A stretch of 64,000 nucleotides of DNA from Macrostomum hystrix (Eukaryota > Animalia > Platyhelminthes). Each line of letters begins with the position of its first letter. Within the stretch, counting starts at the first letter, position 1. The notes below the pieces were generated by a model. The model was not told the origin of the DNA. It made no database searches and was given only the letters and a program-made list of their open reading frames with translations. The translations under genes were made by a program, and so were the position numbers. This document shows, piece by piece, positions 24,280 through 64,000 of the stretch. Location of the stretch: NCBI GenBank assembly GCA_950097015.1, contig CATNEN010000033.1, positions 3,348,001 to 3,412,000 on the forward strand. Direction: 5' to 3'.

Positions 24280-24711
24280 GGGGATTATTAATTAGTCTCC
24301 AGCAGTTCAGGCGCTCCCGACTGGCGGCCGCTGACAGATTCTATCGGGCCCGGTGAAGGAGCCGGACTATGGGGTGTGTGGGAACTCGGAGACTCTGGGA
24401 GGACATTGGGACGGGGATGCATAGACTTTTCTCTCAGAATCTGATGGGAAATAAAAGTCTATGTCCAGTGTCTGAATGGTGCCATGATGGCGGATTTGGC
24501 ACAAGTTATGAAGCTTTTTGGTGCAGATGAGTAGGGCCAAGCCATGTAGATAATCAGCATTTGCTGGTATGCACTGCTTCTGCCGAGACTGATTTAGCCA
24601 CAGTCGTAGCACTACCGCAATTAAAACAAAGGCACAAACCATAGATACTAGAATCGTAGCTGGAGTCATAGCTGGAATCTGAGCAGGAACTTTTTAATGA
24701 AATTTATTTAG

Positions 24712-25050
24712 AATCGCAGCAGGATCTATAGACGAAATCGCAGCATGATCTATAGACAGAATCGCAGAATGATCTATAGACAGAATCACAGCAGGATCTA
24801 TAGACAGAATCGCAGCAGGATCTATAGACAGAATCGCAGCAGGATCTATAGACAGAATCGCAGAATGATTTATAGACAGAATCGCAGCACGATCTATAGA
24901 CAGAATCGCAGCACGATCTATAGACAGAATCGCAGCAGGATCTATAGACAGAATCGCAGCACGATCTATAGACAGAATCGCAGCACGATCTATAGACAGA
25001 ATCGCAGCAGGATCTATAGACGGAATCGCAGCAGGATCTATAGACGGAAT
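24712..25050. repeat. 24-bp minisatellite (AATCGCAGCAGGATCTATAGACAG)
   Basis: About 14 tandem units. Confidence 0.9.
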
Positions 25051-25457
25051 CACTATGTATGCAGTAGAAAGAATCTTAACTTTATTTGTCGCCACATTCT
25101 AAATATCTTAGTAGCAGTAGCACAGCTCGAGAAAGCGCTTTATATTTGTAGCGTAGTACGTATTTGTTGTATTGATTGTAGACTAATTTTGGGCTTGATA
25201 AGAATCACAGTTGGCAACAAAATTGATGTAAAAAGTTGCTTCACTTGGATAAGTAGCTCCAAGAATTCAGGCCAACTTGGTAGAGACTGACTGTGGAACG
25301 AACCCTCGCCTCATCCATCTTCCCTGACGTAGCAACCAGCCCGGCTCGCACATGCTCATCTTCTCCTCACTTCACTGGCTTCAGAGCACTTCAATCCCCG
25401 ACGTTGATGCATTCCTGAGTACACTGGCCTGCCTGGCCATCTATCTTGTTCCTCCTG

Positions 25458-26190
<733 letters not shown>

Positions 26191-28050
26191 ACAAGGTCAT
26201 TCTGTCCGCTCTATTCGGAATGCCAAAGCGTTCGGAGAGCTACATGAGCGCGAAATTCATTGATTATTTTCTACAACCTATTGCAAGAGAGCAGGATTCC
26301 TATATCCGTGACACTGACCATTTCCAAGCTATTATCAACGACTTATCGTTCAACATTCACGAGTCCGTCTTCCTGGTCACGTTAGATGTTGAATCCCTGT
26401 ACACCAACGTTCCAACGGACAATGGGATAACATGGTTGTCAGTGAGGCGTTCAACAATTTCCCTGCGCTATCCAGACCGGACGGTCAACTGCTCAGACTT
26501 CTTGATATTAATCTTAACCAGAATGATTTCGTTTTTAATGACTGTCGCTTCTTGAAAATCAAGGGCACCAGCATGGGGAAGACTTTCGCTCCCTCCTATG
26601 CCAATATTTTCATGTCCGACTGGGAATCCAGGGCATTGGCAAATGCCCCTTTCACTCCACGTCTGTACAGACGCTATATCGACGACATTTTTCATGGTGT
26701 TTTTGGGCACTGAAACTCAACTAAAGCAACTCTACCAACATTTGAACGAGTTCGACACCAGCATCAGACACTCTATGCAGTACAGTAAAGACTGTGTCAA
26801 CTCCTTGACTGCTGTGTATCCCTCATCGAAGTGGACAATATGAAGGTTCTAACGACTTCCATCTACTTCAAGCCGACTGATTCTCGCCACTTGCTTAATC
26901 CTGACTCCTTCCACCCGAAGCACACCTTTAAAGGTACTTTAAAATCCCAATTTCTACGCTATGCCCGTCGCTGTACACACAAGCAAGACTTTGACGGAGC
27001 GAGCTCTAGCCTAATGGGCATCCTTAAGAAACAAGGTCATTCTGTCCGCTCTATTCGGAACGCCAAATACTCCGCTCTCATCCAACTGGGTTCCTTCATC
27101 GACCGCCAGTGGGATTTTGGCTTCCACAACTGCAATAATGAAACCTGTCGGGTGTGTAGACAACATGGCCATTTTGGACAGATCTGTCCAGGATCCAACT
27201 CTACCAACATGGTATATAGGATCTGCCAGAAAGTCCGTTGCGACTCTAGAAACGTTGTGTACTCAATCTTATGCAGGAGCTGTAATGACCGTTGTGTCTA
27301 CATTGGAGAGACAGGAGGGGCCCTTAAAGTCCGACTGCAAGCCCACCTGAGCGACATTAGACTGGCAAAAGATACCCCGGTCTCAAGACATTTTCGCTCT
27401 ACAGACCACAGCCTGCTGGACTTACGGTTAATGGGTCTTTGGTACCTCAGCCCTGAATGTGAGACGCACAGAGAGGCAACTCAACGCAGGAGAAGAGACA
27501 TGGAACTCAGACTCACTAATCTCCTGAAAACTCAGACCCCAGCTGGCCTGAACTCCATTGACATGCACTAACCGTAGTGCGTGCGTCCCCATCGTCATTC
27601 CTTATACGGACCACTCTGGACGCATTGTACACGAAATCCGTTCGGTTATGACTGACCATGCCAGTGACTTGAGCACAGTGGCAGCGTACATACGCTCACG
27701 CTCTCTGAAGGACATTCTATGTCCATCCAGGCTACCTCCGTAAATAACAATTAATTCGCTTTAACCTTTGACAGGACTCTGACTGCACGTGGTATTGACA
27801 GTTTTATTTTTAACGTGCCCGTGTTCGTTTATTATTTTTAATGTACAATTCTAACTTAAAAATCAATACGGTTTTTAACCTCCCATTTATATAAGCGATC
27901 GCTTTAACAATATTTTTTCTTTAGACTTATCTAATATACAGACCCTGAAGAAGGCCCAGCTTTGGCCGAAAATTTGGTCCATCGTACTATATATTAAAAA
28001 TTAGAGGATTAGAGGATTGCCTCTGAGAGGCCTTCGTCTATCTATCTATC
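26191..28050 (+). mobile_element. Penelope-like retroelement (RT + Cys-rich linker + GIY-YIG endonuclease), 5'-truncated and frameshifted
   Basis: RT motifs: FIDYFLQP, LVTLDVESLYTNVP, KGTSMGKTFAPSYANIFM, YRRYIDD, YFKPTDSRHLL..SFHPKHTFKG. CNNETCRVC linker. GIY-YIG motifs: VVYSILCRSC..YIGETG..RLQAH..GLN. About four frameshifts link ORFs 26220, 26432, 26598, 26831 and 27558. Ends in TCTATCTATC. Confidence 0.93.
27941..27979 (+). ncRNA. Minimal type I hammerhead ribozyme motif (Penelope-type), copy 1
   Basis: GACC-CTGAAGA-A-GGCC(cagcttt)GGCC-GAAA-ATTT-GGTC: stem I GACC/GGTC, stem II GGCC/GGCC, palindromic AATT stem III. Confidence 0.75.
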
Positions 28051-28511
28051 TTCCGGGGCTCGGCACGCGGAAGGTCTGCGCTCAGACTTCCCCACCTGCG
28101 AGTAGCAATCATTCTGTTTACTCAGTTAAAACTCTTCGTTCCTGTTTGAACCGCCCTTGTCAGCCGTGACCTTGGTGTGTTCGCTGCAAAGCTTTATCGT
28201 TTGCTACCCACCCATTCCTGGTTGATTGTTAGCGCTGCTTCATTCATTTTTGACTTTGACTCTAAGACCTTTAAGTCTCTGGCACCTTTTTAGTTGGCTG
28301 CATGTACACTTGTTCATCGTGCCTGCTCAGCCTATCCACTCTCAATACCATTTATTTGTCGCTATAAAATTCTCGCTCAAACTTCGCTCTCTTCGCTTCT
28401 CAAATAAACGGACCCTGACGAAGGCCCAGAAAGGGCCGAAATATTGGTCGACAGATTCAACTTGCAATTAAGAGAGATTCCTACTCTGTGTGCGTGGTTT
28501 CTTTACATTCG
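28051..28511 (+). mobile_element. Second Penelope-like 3' end / non-autonomous fragment
   Basis: Lies between two TATC runs, carries hammerhead copy 2, and ends TTCGTCTATCTATC like the first element. Confidence 0.55.
28411..28449 (+). ncRNA. Minimal type I hammerhead ribozyme motif (Penelope-type), copy 2
   Basis: GACC-CTGACGA-A-GGCCC(agaaa)GGGCC-GAAA-TATT-GGTC, with palindromic ATAT stem III. Confidence 0.8.
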
Positions 28512-28580
<69 letters not shown>

Positions 28581-28581
28581 A
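28512..28581. repeat. (TATC)n microsatellite
   Basis: Visible directly. Confidence 0.95.
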
Positions 28582-29689
28582 CAATTACAGTTTCTCATTA
28601 CGTTTGAGTTGCATTCATCATTCTCCTGCTGCTTGTTGACTATCCTAAACTTGTTTTCCCTTCTCCCAATCTCTACAATCTAGTGGCCTCCCCAATTCCA
28701 AATATTTGCTTTGCTGAGCAGCATCGGTCGAGTCTGCAGTCTTGACCCACTCTCGTCTCTCTGAGCCAACGAACTATTTCAAATTTCAGGCGATGAGACT
28801 CGCACCCGCCAGTCTGGGCAGACTGAGCAGACTGCACACTGCACTGGAGTGAATGGCGCCTGAATTTGAGCACACACAGTGAGCTGATTACAAACACTGC
28901 CACACACACACGCACACACAGTCCAACACACGCAAGACAGACTTAATTTCCACATGGTTTCTCATCCGAAATCCGTAAAATCTGGGCAATGACATCAACA
29001 ACAAAAATATTTAGCCTATATTTAGATCGGGTTGCTAGCTAGCCCGAGCTGGTTAAATCCAGTCGCAGAATTTGCGATTCTCTTCTTACCTGGCTGCCGT
29101 TGCGACCTCATTAGCAATCTGCGTCTGGAGGCTAGTCTGCTGCTAGGGCGTCCTGTCGGCGGCTCTGCTGCTCACCAGTTCAGAATTCGTCAACAAGAAA
29201 TCAGCTCTATCTGTGGCGGCTCTCTTTGAGAACTTTTAGCAAAATGTCACGTCCAGCAATGGTCACGTGATCTCATTTGAGTTTAACAAAAAATTCCCAG
29301 CTTCTTCTTTAAGATAGAAAGTTAATTTCGGATATTTTGTACGCTACTTTGCTTGAGTTGCTCACGTGTACTCAGTGAATGACTTCCACTAATTTCCTGA
29401 GTTGCCTCCCCGCCTCCACCGGAGAAAGTTTGAGCATCGGATGTGTCCACTAATTTCCTGAGTTGCCTCCCCGCCTCCACCGGAGAAAGTTTGAGCATCG
29501 GATGTGTCAGTCAGAGACTGAGAACATGCTTTTATGCTTTTATGCTCACTTTTATCCCCACGCGTAGCTCCTCACTAGCTTTGAATACGGGCTTCAATGA
29601 TCTTTCACTGAAGAGAGCATCTTAATCTTCAGTTATTGCTCAATACCAAGTTTCTCTAGTCTAGGGCTAGACCCCAGTCAATCCTACTC

Positions 29690-30200
29690 TCTACTCAAGC
29701 TCTACTCAATCTCAAGCTCTACTCAATCTCAAGCTCTACTCAATCTCAAGCTCTACTCAATCTCAAGCTCTACTCAATCTCAAGCTCTACTCAATCTCAA
29801 GCTCTACTCAATCTCAAGCTCTACTCAATCTCAAGCTCTACTCAATCTCAAGCTCTACTCAATCTCAAGCTCTACTCAATCTCAAGCTCTACTCAATCTC
29901 AAGCTCTACTCAATCTCAAGCTCTACTCAATCTCAAGCTCTACTCAATCTCAAGCTCTACTCAATCTCAAGCTCTACTCAATCTCAAGCTCTACTCAATC
30001 TCAAGCTCTACTCAATCTCAAGCTCTACTCAATCTCAAGCTCTACTCAATCTCAAGCTCTACTCAATCTCAAGCTCTACTCAATCTCAAGCTCTACTCAA
30101 TCTCAAGCTCTACTCAATCTCAAGCTCTACTCAATCTCAAGCTCTACTCAATCTCAAGCTCTACTCAATCTCAAGCTCTACTCAATCTCAAGCTCTACTT
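29690..30200. repeat. 17-bp perfect minisatellite (TCTACTCAATCTCAAGC), ~29 copies
   Basis: Homogeneous array ending about 210 bp upstream of the proposed Cav1 ATG. Confidence 0.95.
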
Positions 30201-30411
30201 AATCTCAAGTTCTCAAGAACAATAAACCGAATATAGTTATCAAACCCAAATTAAAGTTCAGGTTGTCAAACGAGTGAAATAGTAAAGTGCTTCGGCATGT
30301 CCAGTAAACCACAATGAGACACTGTGGCCGCACCCCAAATCACCTCGCACAGAGCTGAGCGAGCGTCGCAGTCCTTCATAATTGCCAGCGGCCCAATCAG
30401 GGCTTCAGCCA

Positions 30412-61630
<31,219 letters not shown>

Positions 61631-61778
61631 GTTTGGGTCGCTTTGTGCACTTAACGAACGTGGGTTCGATAGCTTTCGCGAATTCGAACGCGTTTTTATT
61701 GACAAGTTTCTGATAATTTGATTATATTGATTCAGTAATGAAAATAAAAATACAAAGGCACAGGCTGTGGGCACTGAA

Positions 61779-62146
61779 AGGGGGTCGGTGGCAGAGCGGT
61801 TAACGCGTTTGCCTCTCGCACCACGGTCCCTAAGTTCGATTCCACGGCGAGGCCACATTTATTTCGGGCGCAGCCGCGGAGAGAAGGCTTGGGGGGCTTG
61901 TCGTGCAATTTACGCCCTTGGGGGCCAACCTCCAAGGCACAGTGAAGTGTACACTGCCTGACGATGAGAAAGTCAGGGCAGGTGTACACACCTGTGTGGG
62001 TATGTGCCTGCTTATGGTATCAGTGTGCGTGTGTGCTCAGGAGTCAGCGAAATGGGCAGAATTGCCTCCTCGCTGGCTGTGGGTCTAGTGTCACTGAATG
62101 ATGTCTCATTGCCGCAGCCTTCCAGCAATTATTATTATTATTATTA
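61779..62146 (+). mobile_element. Full-length tRNA-headed SINE with (ATT)n tail and 12-bp TSD
   Basis: A-box-like TGGCAGAGCGG (61789) and B-box GTTCGATTCC (61834). (ATT)n tail at about 62127-62146. Direct repeat GTGGGCACTGAA at 61767-61778 and 62147-62158. Confidence 0.85.
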
Positions 62147-62169
62147 GTGGGCACTGAAGGTTCCTTTGG

Positions 62170-62396
62170 CGACCTGCAGCCAGCGAGGAGGCAATTCTGC
62201 TCATTCCGCTGACTCCTGAGCACACACGCACACCGATACCATAAGCAGGCACATACCCACACAGGTGTGTACACCTGCCCTGACTTTCTCATCTCATTGG
62301 CCCTGACAAGCTTGAATTGCAAGCCAAGCCTCGAAGCCTTCTCTCCGCGGCTGTGTCGCAAATGAATGTGAGATTCCGCGGATTCGAACTCGGGAC
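62170..62396 (-). mobile_element. Same SINE family, inverted partial copy
   Basis: Reverse complement of the body of the 61779 copy, including B-box GTTCGAATCC. Confidence 0.8.
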
Positions 62397-63169
62397 TAAT
62401 AACTTAGCTTTTGTTTTTTAATAAAATTTAAGCACTTAGTATTTGCAGCAGCGCAAACTAAATCCCAATGTTTCAGCAGCCTGCTCAACCACTCGAAGCA
62501 GTACTCAAATAGAACTCTCTGATTTGAAATTTCATCGCATTCAGTGTGACAAAGCACTGCCGGAGTAATTGCTTATAAACTACAAACAACTATGATGCAA
62601 AATGATGCCAAAAGTCATGCATAACTGCGCCATGTCATCGCGCTCAACAATTATCTGCTAGTCTTCATGGTACACAAGTTACCTGTTGCAGTTGAATTGT
62701 CGATTGAAGTGATCATTTTTCGCTTGTCTGACCGAGTTTGAAATATTTTGGAATGCAAATTTTCGTTTAAAACTGCCTGCTTAACAAACAAATTAGGAAA
62801 ATCAGATTTTTACAAAGCAGCTACGCAATTAAAATGTTGAATGTTCCCTGCCCTGTCTCATTGTTTGTAGCGACATGGCCATCACAACACCATCAGACAT
62901 GTCCTCCAGCAGGTATAGAATATTTTTAGACTAGAGACTATTTGTTGTAACAATGCACATTTTAATGCCTTCTGTGCTTAGAGGCGCATGCAGTGTAAAT
63001 ATTGGTCAGTTGTACGGATTTCAGTTGTATTGCATAGGTCAGGTTAGAGTTTTTGCCATCATGATCATGAAGGAGAATTGGCACTGTGCAATGAAGACCC
63101 ACCAGTATTATCTAAGTCATTCTGTTGTTCGAGAAACTCGTTCTTCTAATCCAAGCTCGCCGAATCGCT

Positions 63170-64000
63170 ATTCGCTTAGTCCCCAATCGTCTAATCCATA
63201 TTTTTCTAATCCCTTTTCGCCTAATCTCAAGTTACTTAATCCCTCTTCGCCAAATCCCAAGTTACTTAATCTCTCTTCGCCTAATCTCAAGTTACTTAAT
63301 CCCTCTTCGCCAAATCCCAAGTTACTTAATCCCTCTTCGCCAAATCCCAAGTTACTTAATCCCTCTTCGCCAAATCCCAAGTTACTTAATCCCTCTTCGC
63401 CAAATCCCAAGTTACTTAATCCCTCTTCGCCTAATCCTAAGTTACTTAATCCCTCTTCGCCAAATCCCAAGTTACTTAATCCCTCTTCGCCAAATCCCAA
63501 GTTACTTAATCCCTCTTCGCCAAATCCCAAGTTACTTAATCCCTCTTCGCCAAATCCCAAGTTACTTAATCCCTCTTCGCCAAATCCCAAGTTACTTAAT
63601 CCCTCTTCACCAAATCCCAAGTTACTTAATCCCTCTTCGCCAAATCCCAAGTTACTTAATCCCTCTTCACCAAATCCCAAGTTACTTAATCCCTCTTCGC
63701 CTAATCTCAAGTTACTTAATCCCTCTTCACCAAATCCCAAGTTACTTAATCCCTCTTCGCCAAATCCCAAGTTACTTAATCCCTCTTCGCCAAATCCCAA
63801 GTTACTTAATCCCTCTTCGCCTAATCCCAAGTTACTTAATCCCTCTTCACCAAATCCCAAGTTACTTAATCCCTCTTCGCCTAATCCCAAGTTACTTAAT
63901 CCCTCTTCGCCAAATCCCAAGTTACTTAATCCCTCTTCGCCAAATCCCAAGTTACTTAATCCCTCTTCGCCAAATCCCAAGTTACTTAATCCCTCTTCGC
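63170..64000. repeat. 30-bp minisatellite (CCAAATCCCAAGTTACTTAATCCCTCTTCG), runs off the window end
   Basis: About 27 units. Confidence 0.95.

Noticed and set aside
24043-24291. Poly-Cys protein
   Set aside because: Reading of the (CTG)n tract; no supporting gene structure.
61780-61855. tRNA gene
   Set aside because: Has A/B boxes, but continues into a repeated body with a tail and TSD, so it is a SINE head. I could not fold a convincing cloverleaf.
61955-62060. Hammerhead ribozyme within the SINE body (GATGAG...GCGAAA)
   Set aside because: No intact CUGANGA core followed by a stem II closing on GAAA.
63168-63980. 270-aa LRR-like ORF (LGFGEEGLSN)n
   Set aside because: Translation of a 30-bp tandem array; no ATG context or flanking splice evidence.

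Overview
This is eukaryotic (metazoan) genomic DNA, not prokaryotic. GT-AG introns, GC-rich coding exons, polyQ tracts and introns packed with unrelated minisatellites suggest an invertebrate, possibly a free-living flatworm such as Macrostomum (inference only). Most ORFs in the supplied track are artefacts of tandem repeats. Real content: (1) An L-type voltage-gated Ca2+ channel alpha-1 (Cav1) gene on + from about 30.4 to 61.6 kb. I reconstructed 28 exon positions, every junction phase-consistent, with an EEEE filter, AID, IQ and PCRD motifs, two pairs of mutually exclusive exons and a candidate cassette exon. (2) A 109-aa Crumbs3-like membrane microprotein ORF (FERM motif, ...EERLI end) nested on the same strand inside a Cav1 intron. 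(3) A spliced nine-exon tyrosine-recombinase (Crypton-type) gene at 8.5-15.7 kb, with tandemly amplified intron+exon cassettes and flanking bipartite inverted repeats. (4) A frameshifted Penelope-like retroelement (RT + GIY-YIG) inside (TATC)n, followed by two minimal hammerhead ribozyme motifs. (5) tRNA-headed SINEs, a hAT-type MITE and about 30 distinct tandem arrays. All coordinates and translations were read by hand; no database searches were run.
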